Positions 48,131-59,041 of a DNA stretch of 64,000 nucleotides are shown here, one piece after another. The stretch comes from a virus. Its lineage: Duplodnaviria; Caudoviricetes. Numbering within the stretch: position 1 is the stretch's first letter; every line of letters starts with the position of its first letter. The position numbers and the translations under genes were made by a program. The notes below the pieces were generated by a model. It worked only from the letters and a program-made list of their open reading frames with translations, was not told where the DNA came from and searched no databases. The DNA lies in the IMG/VR virus record IMGVR_UViG_3300032038_006680, positions 17,264 to 81,263 of that record, one strand, 5' to 3'.

Positions 48131-48409
48131 ATGGGTATGGAAAAAAGACCAGTACAGCTTTATGTCGGAACTTATGACACGATTAACAAGCATAAGGGCG
48201 AGAAGAATATCGCGACATTCATTGATGATGCCGTGAATTATTATATTATGTCAGACGGAAATCAGAGCGAGCTGAAAAAGATAAACGAGCGTTTAGCTGT
48301 AATCAGCGAAAGGCAGGACACCATACTTGGCTTGAACTGCGAGGTTCTCCGTCAGGCCGGAATCCTAAACGGGAACGGTGAGATTGATTTTTTGAAGAAA
48401 AAAGGTTAA
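48131..48409 (+). CDS. RHH-like regulator
   Basis: KRPVQLYVGTYDTI....NIATFIDDAVNYY; isolated plus-strand gene. Confidence 0.5.
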   Translation: MGMEKRPVQLYVGTYDTINKHKGEKNIATFIDDAVNYYIMSDGNQSELKKINERLAVISERQDTILGLNCEVLRQAGILNGNGEIDFLKKKG

Positions 48410-48669
48410 CCAAGAACATCTTCCGGGAACAGCCGTTTGTAGCACTCAACACAGATGTGTTTTGTAATATGGCTTGACCCGGTAGACTTCAACCCTTTGA
48501 CGCATCCGGCAATATGCTTGCTCATAACGGTGAACTCCCTGTAAGCATAATTCCTGCACAAATCGCATTTCTTGCCGCGTTTGTTTTCCCTTACCTCGAA
48601 ATCCTCTGCTGGTGATTCTTGAATCTTTTTTATTGCTTCTTCTTTTGTCATTTTCCCTCCTAACCACGA

Positions 48670-49185
48670 CTAAAACCCCGCTGCTTTTAATCGTGGTTTC
48701 AATATTCGTACAGCAGCTACATGGCGTTGCTGTATACGAGCTTTGGAACACCCTTCTATATCTGCTATCTCTTGGAAAGACATATTTAACATGTAATACA
48801 TATACAATGTCCTTCGGAAAGCCCTCTTTAATTTCAATACATGCTTTCGTATCAGCATTTTATCTACCAACTCCTGCGATGTTTCACCAATGGACGGATT
48901 GAATTTGGCATCTCCGTCTTCATAGGTCACATCTAAAGATGTTGTATTGAAGTTAATTTTTCGCTTCTGCATACCGGCTGCTACTGCTACTGTATTTAAC
49001 TTAGAATAAACACGACGAAATGCGTATGACGACCACTTATATTTAGGATTATAAGTCTTCAAGGCTTCCCATATTCCTAGCAAACAGTATTGGTATATTT
49101 CCTCTTCCTCCGATACTTAGAGGAAGTACGGATATAACTTCTTACAGAAGAATTTAGCTAAAGGTATCTGCTCTTCAAATGTCAT
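48670..49185 (-). pseudogene. Phage sigma factor (regions 2 and 4) with an in-frame TAA at codon 23 (49119-49117)
   Basis: MTFEEQIPLAKFFCKKLYPYFL*VSEEEEIYQYCLLGIWEALKTYNPKYKWSSYA...MSFQEIADIEGCSKARIQQ. Confidence 0.65.
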
Positions 49186-49186
49186 C

Positions 49187-52075
49187 TTAATTCTCCCATT
49201 CATAGTCCGGTATATCATACCAAGCTATCGGATTTACTGTCTCATACGACAAATCAGATACCCACTCTCTATTAGTAAAGTCATAGTGCATCGGAGTTTT
49301 AGCTGTACCAAATACTTGGATTGAACACCGAGGTAACATAGGGTCAGCAGGGGGCAAGTCATTAGAATTTTTAGTCAGGTCATGCCATTTGATTGTCTCA
49401 TGCAGTTCCGAACATTTCATAAACCCCGCAACAAAAAGGTCTATAAAATCACTCAGGATACCTTCTGTAAGTATTACAAAACCTGCTCTTTTGGTGCAAC
49501 CATTTATGTACTCCCTTGCTAATTCTTTAATTTCTTCATCTGTCATCTTTAGCACTCCTTATCATGTTAAACTTTCCACACTTCGAACATCTCATGGATA
49601 CTCTCCTAAGTGTATTATTATAACTTATTGCACCACATTTAGTACACTTAAACGCAAACTTATTCATTCTCTCACCTCGCTATTTAAGAAATAGCTCTGC
49701 TTCTTCTACAAGCTTTTTAGACCATAAAAACTTGACTTTTCTTGTTTTGAACTTCATTTGTTACCTCCAAAATATATGTTAAAGTTTCTTAGAATTCTTG
49801 CTTTCTCTCGTTCAACTTCTCTTTCAAATTCTTTTGTTTCTCTTTCAAATTCTTCATCTTCAGCTTGTTTCTGTCTATAGTCATTTTCTTCCTCATCATC
49901 ATCTGAGTAATTATGTACACAATCACTGCATACTGTGAACTGATACCCATTCTTATTAACTGTGTAGTTGCCTGTTCTGCCACAGTCACAGCACGGCTTT
50001 AATCCGAAATAAGATGTAATTGTCATTTTCCTATCTCCTTCTCTTTCAATAAGTTCAATATCTTTTCTTTACAAGATAATTTCTTTTGTTCTTCAGTTTC
50101 ATTTGGAAAATTACATATACGAAGGTAACATGGACAGTAGCAACATGCATAGACATTAGTTGAGTCCGCAGTTCTCTCTGTTCTACCATGCCCTGTATAA
50201 AACTCAATGAGCTCTAACAAGTATTTATCATTTACTTCCATTATTCACTCCTCTGTTTTCGATTCTTTCTAAAAGTTCTGCTACTACATCAATCAGGACT
50301 TCATCATCAGTCCTGTCATATCTCGTATATTTCAATACGAGTTCTCTTGCTTCATCTTTAATCTGACTCTTTTCCAATTTCAACTCCGCAAGGTTTACCG
50401 TCCAAGAAGATATTATCATAAAACAATACATTCATAGTTTTCACATAACCGTTCACCATGACTGTATTGGCAGTAAAGTCAGTTATTAGTGAAGTCCACT
50501 CACCATCTTTTCTCTTTACCCATATTAAAGGCTCTTCGTAACTACGGTCTATTCTGTGTGAGTTGTAATTATCCAACCACCAGTCAATCAACTCTTCCGT
50601 ATCTTTGAAAGGACGATATTTTGAAACCTCAAACTCCATAGTCCTATTCCTCCTTTAAGAATTGCTCTGCTTCTGCACAAAGTTCATACCACAAGTCTGT
50701 ATATTCTTGGGGGTGTTCGGGGTCATACTCAGCCCTATTATTTACAAACTCCGAAAACTTTTTAATTATTTCTTTTGCTTTAGCAAGCTTATCCCTTGTA
50801 ACCTTGTGTTTATGCACTTCATCCGCAAGTAATCCCTGCAATCTTCCTATTTCATCTCTGCACCTCTGTAATTCAGATGCAAACTTTACATTTTCCTTGC
50901 AAATAATCTCAAAACCCTGCTGCGACACAGGGTCTTTAAGTGCCATGCTGATTCTGCTTTTCATTTCGTCTTTAGTCATTTTCTGTCTCCCTTTCTCTTG
51001 TCAAGGACTCTATAACAGATGCCTTACTGCAGGTTTCTGCAATTATTTCCTGAGGGCAGGTGCTGGGAGGGCAGAACATAGAAAGATAGGCTAAAGCCTC
51101 TTGCATTGTAGTGAACAATCTTGATTGCTTTCCTTCGAATTGTATCTCTGTTAAGTATCCGCCTTCGCACGAATGATAAATTATCTTAGGCATTTCTCCA
51201 CCTCGCTATTTTAAGAATTGCTCAGCTTGTTCTAAATCAGATACACGGTCATATTCTACAGAATACAGACAACTCAACAAGTCTCTGATTATCTCTTTTG
51301 CTTTGGTGAGTTGTTTCTGTGCTTTTACCGCAGCCTTAAAAGGCTTTCTACTTGTGCATTTATGTCGCCAATCAAAAGAACTATCTTTCCAATAATCTCT
51401 TGCCTTTTCTGCACCTTCTAATTTTTCTTTTAGTTCTGCATTTTCCTTTTCAAGGATTTCTACTCTATTTATCGCCTTATCGCACTCCTTTGATTGTTGC
51501 CGTAGTTTTCTATCTTGCGTTTTTATAAACCGTTCAAGTTCTGCAATCTTCTCAATCTTGCTATAGCCGAACTCTGCACCTTGTTGCCAAACCTTACTTA
51601 CATTGTCATACAATGACGGAGAGTATTCATTATACCACCATTCTTCTGCTTCTTTCTCAAACATAATTTACCTCTCTGATTCAGGCAAATCCTGAAGGTT
51701 ATGATTTCCGTCAAGAAAATCTTTCTTTTTTATCACAAAAAGATAAATCGTCATTTATTCACTCTCCTTTGGTGGTACAATTTCTTTCCAAGCACAAACT
51801 TGATTATTAAGATAATTTTCCCAACCTGTGTTACTGTGATAGCAGTCGATTACTATTTCATCTGATATAAGACAAACTAATACTTCATCTGTATCAAAAG
51901 GTAAATCTCCGTCTTTCACATAGTGTCATTCATTAGCCTTGTTATAGCCGAACTCTGCACCGTCTTTGAAAGCTTGTTCTCTTGCTTTTCTGTCTGTGTC
52001 CCACCCTTTCACATCGTCATACATACAAGATTCATAGTTTGTTATTCCGTATTCTTCTGCTTCTTTCTCAAACAT
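49187..52075 (-). CDS. Cluster of small AT-rich mosaic hypothetical genes (49187, 49754, 50023, 50228, 50358, 50644, 50972, 51206 and others)
   Basis: Overlapping ORFs sharing short modules (TKAKEII, EAEQFLK*, MFEKEAEE, GAEFGY). Confidence 0.55.
51755..52075 (-). pseudogene. MFEKEAEE-family gene with TGG>TGA at 51928-51926
   Basis: KANE*HYVKDGDLP versus KANEWHFVKDGDLP in paralog 35375..35719. Confidence 0.8.
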
Positions 52076-52077
52076 AG

Positions 52078-52551
52078 TTACTCCTTAATCTTTTTATCTG
52101 AAATTGCTTTCTGCTTGAAATAATCAAACGGAAGTTCCTTCACAGTTTTTACATCTTTAAGTAATGGCTCATTATCTGCACCATATCCAACTTCAATACC
52201 TGTTACAACATAAATCTTTTTATTAAGGTCACAACCACAACAATTGTCGGGGTCATAAGATTGTGAAAAATCTCCACTTGTATACCTTGTCGGATGTGGG
52301 GCAACAAGTTGGTATAAATTTGTATCAAAATTATAAACACAATCCCAGACAGATACACCTTTTTCATAGCCTACAACTTCATAACCATCACCGACACATC
52401 CATTTCCTATCTTACTTCTTTCATCCTTGGGTATCTCACCAAAACGAATGTACTCTTTCATTTGCTTATTACATAATTCATAGATACTTCTTAATTTATG
52501 CTGATAAGGTAAATCAGAATTAAGTAGCCTATCAATTACATCTAATGTCAT
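52078..52551 (-). CDS. Hypothetical protein, paralog of 19379..19750
   Basis: YIRFGEIPKDERSKIGNG...EKGVSVW. Confidence 0.6.
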   Translation of the reverse strand: MTLDVIDRLLNSDLPYQHKLRSIYELCNKQMKEYIRFGEIPKDERSKIGNGCVGDGYEVVGYEKGVSVWDCVYNFDTNLYQLVAPHPTRYTSGDFSQSYDPDNCCGCDLNKKIYVVTGIEVGYGADNEPLLKDVKTVKELPFDYFKQKAISDKKIKE

Positions 52552-52661
52552 TTACTTCTCCTTCGTTGAGGGTTACTGTTCCACCCACAAGCCAGCCTTT
52601 TAATTAAGGCTCAATATTTTCTCACCGCCAAAAGCGTTTTTCGTCAGCTCGATTAGTTCTT

Positions 52662-55198
52662 TCATTCCGCTGTCTCCATACAAATCTGTCTGATTCGTTC
52701 TTGGGAATATCCAAAAACTCTTGCGATAGATGCGTTTGTGAAAATCTTGCTAAGTTCTCTAATCATATCTTGTGCAAGACCGTTTCTTTTTATACTATGC
52801 TTGCACCCATTATCCTTGTACCCTACTTTTGGTTTTCTAGACAGATACTTGATATTGTTTTTCCTACAATAAAGAAGCACAGATGTATAAGCTATGTTAA
52901 AATATCTCGCTGTTTCACATAGCGAGTGTTCTTTTGCATATTCTTCAAATCCTTCTGGTATATCATATTTATTTTTGCGCTTAGGAATTGGTCGGATTCC
53001 AACTTTATGACAAAAATTGTTCAATGTATTATAATCAACATTGAACTTTTCCATGATTTCTTCTCTAGTGTGAGTTTTGATGTATTCATCGTTTCCGTAA
53101 AGAACATTCTGCTTTGAAGTTTTATAAGTTCTCATTTTCCCAAGTCCTCCGTGTCCATTTTTAGCGTTGCGTGCCAGTTATAAAAAGCATACGCCTGCAT
53201 TATTTCGTCATGCTTCTCAACTTTGGCTTCCAAGCTCTTTATCTGTGTTTTCAAATCATTATTCTGAGCAATGACCGAAAACATCATGACACAAAACAAG
53301 ATTGCTGAAGCACAGCAGCCACAAATTACTCCTCCCCAGTAACCCATGGCTTCTCACCTTTCAATAAGCGAACTATAATCTCCGCGGCTTCACGTCTTTC
53401 ATCGGCTTCAATCGCGTGAATTACCTGAATAAACAGATTTGTTTTGAACATAGATGCACAACCACACTTATCACCTGTGCAACGACCATATTTATAAATA
53501 GGACACTTCTGACAGCCGTTATACTTTGTAGAGATGTCTTCACGACTTGGTAAATCTTCTCTATAATCTTGTCGTACATACTGACAAAACCAACAGTCAT
53601 TCTTCCAATCCAAGTCATGCTTGCAACAGAAATCCTTCTTATAAAGATTTACAGAGTCGGGGTCTCGCTGTGCGATTTCCTCCCACATTTGAATGGCTAA
53701 TCTTCTTTCTTTTGTCATGTTTTACTCCTTAAATACTAAAATGAGCGAACTCTATATCGCCTTTTGAATAGGCAACCATGCTGGTCTCCAGCTTGTCGCA
53801 AAGCTGTGATATATACATATTATTTTCACAGGCTTTATTCTCTGCGCGTATTTCACATACAGCGGCTTCCCATTTTGCCAGGAAATGTCTAAGATTATCT
53901 GGCATGACTTAGTCCTCCAGTCTCTTAATGCTTTTCAAATCGTCGTCCCCAATCCAACCAGACCAATTGAGATAGATACGACAGTCTGTATTTCTTTTAC
54001 TGATAGCCGTTACAAGCTGTTCGATGTCAGCATATTCAACTTTATCTCCAAGCTTGAAGTCTCTCCAAGATATGCCTTCTTTTTTAGGTGCAATCTTAAC
54101 AGGTTTAGTGAGCGAGTAGTTTTCAGGGGAGCAACTGAATGTCAAATTACCAATGTCCTTATTACTTTTCCAATTTCCATCTATATCACTAAACCATACT
54201 TCCTTTCCCTCCGCCTGAGCTTTCTTGAACTCTTTGTAAGGGTCGTCGTGCTTGGCAATAAGATAAGCGAGCTCAAAACGCGGCATATCAGTAAATGGAG
54301 AGACGTTTAATTCAGAGTTTAATTCAAGGCTAAATCGATACTGAATAGATTCATCTAAGATACGCTCTATAGTCCAGGCAGTATGTGTCTGCTTAAGTTC
54401 TGCCAATGTATCTGCCACGAATACCACATCACCCGGTTCCAACTCATCTGCATTTAATGCAGTGTATACTTTTGACTTGTCGAATTCCATAATTACCTCA
54501 CAGGCATTTATTCTTATCAAGGAAAGCGTAAAGTGAGCCAGTCAGCTTCCGCTTCTCTTCTTCTGTCAGCTCGATTCTCAGTGACGAATCGTTGCCGTTA
54601 AGCTCTACCTCTATGTCACAGCCAGGCAGAATCTCCCTTATGTATTCCGCCGTCTTGACCACAACAAGCTCCTGCAAGCAACCGTACTCGTTGCCCTCAA
54701 TCATTACTTTCTCGTGCCTGAGAAGTTTCCGAATCTCAGGGCTTCGCTTTGCCGTGTGCTTGATGAAAGCATACCTGCCTGTGTCAAGAAATTTTTGTAT
54801 CAAATCTTCCGTTGTCATTGTGTTTCTCCGTGAAACTCTTGCACCATTGCCAGCCCTCGCAGATGTGATTGTATTTTTCGCAGGTTTTATTCTCTGCAAT
54901 CCATAAGCTGCAAGCCCTACAGTGTCCGTTCCTTATTGTGCAATCCTCTTTTTCCCTGTAAAAAGGGTTGATGTCATTAAATCCCATTTTTATCCTCTAA
55001 TTATTCTTTAACAAGCTGGTAATAACTGTCGGGAAATCCCTTTTTTAAGACTTGCCATGTATTATTAAAACCGATTCCATTCCAAATCCGCGTAAAAACC
55101 AGTCCGCACAATTTGAATGAATCATGTCCATCAGCTCTCGCTTTATGAATCAGCCTTTTTACGCATTTTTCCGGCAGTATATTTTTTTGTATCAGCAT
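52662..55198 (-). CDS. Run of hypothetical genes (52662..53135 multi-HTH, 53132, 53326, 53909, 54498..54818 paralog of 62236..62553, 54784, 55001)
   Basis: ORF track; overlapping starts and stops. Confidence 0.5.
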
Positions 55199-55364
55199 GT
55201 TCCCTCTCCAATAATCACGGCTTTTATCTTGTCATAAGCATATTTAACACCACGCTCAAACCATTCTTCCGCAATCTTTTTATTCTCATTTTTCTTCGCT
55301 ATCGGAATCTGTTTTCCGTCGTGCACTTTTTCCCAAAGCTCAGAAAAAGCCTGATGTTTTTCCG

Positions 55365-56693
55365 TCACCTCTTCACCTCCTTTGTCTCTTCTGTCGGCGG
55401 ATTCGGGTCAACCTCGAACATCGCGTAGCGCGGAAAAAAGTTAAGGTATACCGTTCCGCAGGCAAAGTTCCTGTTCTTCTCGACTTTCAGTTTTGTCGGA
55501 ATAAGGAACTCAGAAGCGTCTTTCTGTCTTTCCCTTTCAAGAATCATTACTATGTCAGCGTCCTGGGCCATAGCGTCAGCATTTGCGATAGTTCCTAATC
55601 CGCCGTCCTTACCTTCAGCCTCTCGGTTCTGCTGAACAAGGACTATGAATGGAATCTTCAATTCTTTCTGCAAGTTCTGAAGGCGCTTTGAAATCTCAGC
55701 GAGCATTTCCCATTTGGCACGGAATCCGTCAATGTAAAGGAAGCTCATCTGGTCTATGAATACAGCTCCAATTTGCTGAGAAATAACTTGACCACGGATC
55801 ATAGAAATAATGGTGTCAATATTTCTTTCAGTCGGAAACGCAAACTCCATGTTCTTGTTGTCGTAGAGACGAGCGAAACAGTTATTAAGTGAGCCATACT
55901 CAGATTCAGTCATAAATCCGCTCCTAAGCTTTCGTCCATCAAGTTTAGACTCATTCATAATCGTTCGTTCCATGATTGAGGTCTCAGTCATCTCAAATTC
56001 AATAAACAGAATCTTGCGCTTAAGTGAAAACTTGTTTGCAAGCTGCAATGCAAGAGCTGTTTTACCGAGTGAAGGACGAGCCGAGATAAACGCATATTCA
56101 TCAGGAAATCCGCCGCCAAAAAGCTCATCAAGAGTCTCAAGTCCCGTAGGAATTCCGAATGGTATGGTACGGTTGTTTATCCTCTCATTAAGTTTGTCGA
56201 GATATGCCGGAATCATGTCAGCATAAGCAAGGATATGTGGCTGAACATTGTTATTGAGCACTGCATTAAGCTCGGAGAGAGTTTCCTGTATCTTCTGATT
56301 TGCGTTCTCAGGACGAATCTCAGCCGATTTCGCGAGCACAATTTGATTATAGTTTCGTGCTATAAAAGTATTACGAATCTTGTCAGCGTAAAACTTCCAG
56401 TTACTTGCAGTCGCCGTAGCATTAAGAATCTCCCCCTTGTATTGAGCAGGAATCTCCTTGAACTCAGTCATAAGCAAGAGCTCGTCAACCTTCATGCCCT
56501 TTGCAAAAAACTCTGTAATCTGTGAGAAGCACTTCGCAGAGAGCGGATTGTAGAATGTTGTCGCCTTAAGAGCTGAATTTACTTCCGGGATAATCTTGTT
56601 GTTAAGTATCATCTGGCAGAGAAGGATCTTCTCGCTCTCGTTATCACAAAATGTTTGCATTGTCGCCTCTCCTGTCCCTTCCTTTAAGTTCAA
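55365..56693 (-). CDS. dnaB: Replicative helicase
   Basis: ISARPSLGKT, FIEFEM, VFIDQM, LVQQNRE, QDADIV. Confidence 0.9.
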   Translation of the reverse strand: MNLKEGTGEATMQTFCDNESEKILLCQMILNNKIIPEVNSALKATTFYNPLSAKCFSQITEFFAKGMKVDELLLMTEFKEIPAQYKGEILNATATASNWKFYADKIRNTFIARNYNQIVLAKSAEIRPENANQKIQETLSELNAVLNNNVQPHILAYADMIPAYLDKLNERINNRTIPFGIPTGLETLDELFGGGFPDEYAFISARPSLGKTALALQLANKFSLKRKILFIEFEMTETSIMERTIMNESKLDGRKLRSGFMTESEYGSLNNCFARLYDNKNMEFAFPTERNIDTIISMIRGQVISQQIGAVFIDQMSFLYIDGFRAKWEMLAEISKRLQNLQKELKIPFIVLVQQNREAEGKDGGLGTIANADAMAQDADIVMILERERQKDASEFLIPTKLKVEKNRNFACGTVYLNFFPRYAMFEVDPNPPTEETKEVKR

Positions 56694-57393
56694 TAATTTT
56701 TGTATCCTGTCTCAGCCTTGAGATAGCGTCGTTCGGAAGGTACATCTCAAAACTCTCTCCTCTTCGCTCTTCAGGAAGGTTTCTCGCTTTTTCCCTGTTG
56801 CTTATAAGCATCAAGGGAATCCCTCTTGAATGGGCCTTGTCTATGAGGTATGAGAGCCAGTTAAGCTCTGCCTCACTTCCCTTTGTCCGTCCTATCTCGT
56901 CAATCGCTATGAACGGATAAGAAAGTATATCATTAAGCACATCAAGCTCTGTTCCCTGCCTGTTATTGAACATGGCCCTTATTCTTGCCCCAAGTTCGAA
57001 CATCGTGATTCGGATTCCCTCAAGCTCCCTCGCAAGAGCACAGGCAATCATTGTCTTGCCCGTACCGAAGTTTCCGAGCAGGACGAGCTTCTTGATTTTC
57101 CCCTCAAGCAGTTCCTTCGCCGCCTGTAAAGCCTGTTTTTCGTCATCTCTCTCAGCCTTGTAGTCGTCAAGGGTTACATCAAGGAACTCCTCTTCGATAC
57201 CACGCTTTGAGAGCAGGTATCGTTCGTGAAGTGCGGTCTCTTGTGCAGCCCATTTTTTTTTCTGTTCGTCGGCAGCCTTATCTTTTGCAGTATGCTCGGC
57301 AAGGCATTTAGGACAGCCCAACGAGAAGTTTTTCCACAGGACTCCGACTTCTTTGTTTTCATAGTCGCCGTGTATCTTACAGTGATATATCAT
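56644..57393 (-). CDS. DnaC/IstB-like AAA+ helicase loader
   Basis: LLGNFGTGKT, IAIDEIG, LISN. Confidence 0.85.
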   Translation of the reverse strand: MIYHCKIHGDYENKEVGVLWKNFSLGCPKCLAEHTAKDKAADEQKKKWAAQETALHERYLLSKRGIEEEFLDVTLDDYKAERDDEKQALQAAKELLEGKIKKLVLLGNFGTGKTMIACALARELEGIRITMFELGARIRAMFNNRQGTELDVLNDILSYPFIAIDEIGRTKGSEAELNWLSYLIDKAHSRGIPLMLISNREKARNLPEERRGESFEMYLPNDAISRLRQDTKIIELKGRDRRGDNANIL

Positions 57394-58007
57394 ACTGCCT
57401 CCTTCGGGCCTATGAGCTGACTGAAAATCCCCATAAGAACCTGCTTGATAATTGCATTGCCCGCTTGTTTGTACAGTTGAGTTTGACTGACAATAGCAGA
57501 AGCTTTATCAAAATCAGAATCACAGTATCCCATAAGTCTCCAACACTCTCTTGCCGTAAGTTTTCGTATTCGGTACTGACAACCTCGTTCAAGAACGAGG
57601 TTGTCCTTCTGAACGGTTGTCAAAGTGTTCGTGCAGTTAGTATCGTTCAGCTCCAATCTCTGCTCATTATTCTCACCCCGACCTCTCATTGCTACTATCT
57701 GCTTGTCTTTTTCCAACTTTTCAACACCTCCGAATGAACCGCAATTCTTCCAGCCTAATCCGCCGTTGCGGTTAAGGTCTATCACTTTTAATCCCTCTCT
57801 CTCGGCTCTTATAGTCGGAGCGACTTCCTCGTAAACTCTTGCAGGTCTGTTAGCATAAAAGTCTTCAATGATTTTTGGCTGTATGTTTCCGCCACCACAA
57901 GTTGGGATTGTGGGACACAATCCCAACTTGTCATAAACACGGTTAGCACTCTCGAATGTATGGTCTATCGTGTTATCCATTTTTCCGATAATTTTTACTT
58001 CTGCCAT
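57390..58007 (-). CDS. C5 DNA methyltransferase, C-terminal subunit (TRD modules plus motifs IX-X)
   Basis: IRKLTARECWRLMG...LYKQAGNAI; own RBS (AAGGTGG) and ATG. Confidence 0.85.
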   Translation of the reverse strand: MAEVKIIGKMDNTIDHTFESANRVYDKLGLCPTIPTCGGGNIQPKIIEDFYANRPARVYEEVAPTIRAEREGLKVIDLNRNGGLGWKNCGSFGGVEKLEKDKQIVAMRGRGENNEQRLELNDTNCTNTLTTVQKDNLVLERGCQYRIRKLTARECWRLMGYCDSDFDKASAIVSQTQLYKQAGNAIIKQVLMGIFSQLIGPKEAV

Positions 58008-59032
58008 TTCTCAACCACCTTGAAAGGTTCTTTGTATAAACTTGCATATTCTGTAGGGCAAAGCCCGTTTTTGTCATACACCATATTGCTCTGATGCTTG
58101 CCAGTCCCTTTCTTAATGAAACCCAACGGTCTCACATACGCCGCTACCTTCTTTTTGCCTATTACTGATTCCCCTGTCTCTTGCGGAGATACAGTTTGCG
58201 ACCGAGATTTCTCTAGGTCTCTTGACACATAAGTCGATGGTGCGTATTGTTCTCTGTTCTCTGTTCTCTGTTCTCTGTTCTCTGTTGGTAATACTCCGCT
58301 CTCAATCAGCTCCCTAATCAGCTTGTCAGCCTTTTCCGACTTGATGTAATATTTCTCATCTATAGATTCTTCAAGATAATCTTTCATAACGGTCTTGAGT
58401 TCCTGTGGTTTCGGAAACTCATAGTCAACGAATCCATCAGACAGAATTGAAACCATAAAACATCTGTTTCTGCTCTGTGGAATTCCGTAGTCCTTCCCGT
58501 TAAGGTCTTTTATGAAATTCTTATAACCAAGAGACTTAAGGAAGTCACACCAAAGGTTGAAATCTTGAATAAATTTCTTTGCGTGGACTTGGGTGACATT
58601 CTCCATAAGCAGGACTTGCGGAAGGTCGTCTTTAGGCAACTCTTTAAGAATTCGCTCCACTTCCCATAAAAGCCCCGACCTTGTGGACTTACCTTCTTCC
58701 CAGTCTTTCCTGCTCATTCCGGCTTGTTTACCTGCCACGGAAAGCGACTGACAAGGGAATGAGTATGTGACCAGATATGTGTACTTGTCTTTCTCGGTTA
58801 TTCCCAAGTCAGAACCGTGCACGTCACGGATGTCAGTTACCTTGAAGTCAGTTCCGTGGATTGCGTTGTAGCTTGCCACTGCGTACTTGTCGAACTCCAC
58901 GAGCCTGTAATGCTCGAAATCAGCCCCGATGTCTCTCAGAGCCATTGCCTGACTGCCGATACCACCGAAAAGCTCTATGAGGCGGATTCTGTTCGTAATC
59001 TTGTATTTCGGGAACTCAAAAAGCTCGTTCAT
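57995..59032 (-). CDS. C5 DNA methyltransferase, N-terminal catalytic subunit (motifs I-VIII)
   Basis: ELFGGIG, SFPCQ, RSGL, MENV, IPQSRNR. Confidence 0.9.
   Translation of the reverse strand: MNELFEFPKYKITNRIRLIELFGGIGSQAMALRDIGADFEHYRLVEFDKYAVASYNAIHGTDFKVTDIRDVHGSDLGITEKDKYTYLVTYSFPCQSLSVAGKQAGMSRKDWEEGKSTRSGLLWEVERILKELPKDDLPQVLLMENVTQVHAKKFIQDFNLWCDFLKSLGYKNFIKDLNGKDYGIPQSRNRCFMVSILSDGFVDYEFPKPQELKTVMKDYLEESIDEKYYIKSEKADKLIRELIESGVLPTENREQRTENREQYAPSTYVSRDLEKSRSQTVSPQETGESVIGKKKVAAYVRPLGFIKKGTGKHQSNMVYDKNGLCPTEYASLYKEPFKVVEKWQK
58248..58286. repeat. Heptanucleotide simple-sequence repeat, (ACAGAGA)5 on the minus strand, inside the methyltransferase
   Basis: GTTCTCT units at 58249, 58256, 58263, 58270 and 58277, followed by a partial GTT; encodes TENREQRTENREQ. 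Confidence 0.95.
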
Positions 59033-59041
59033 AAATATCTC

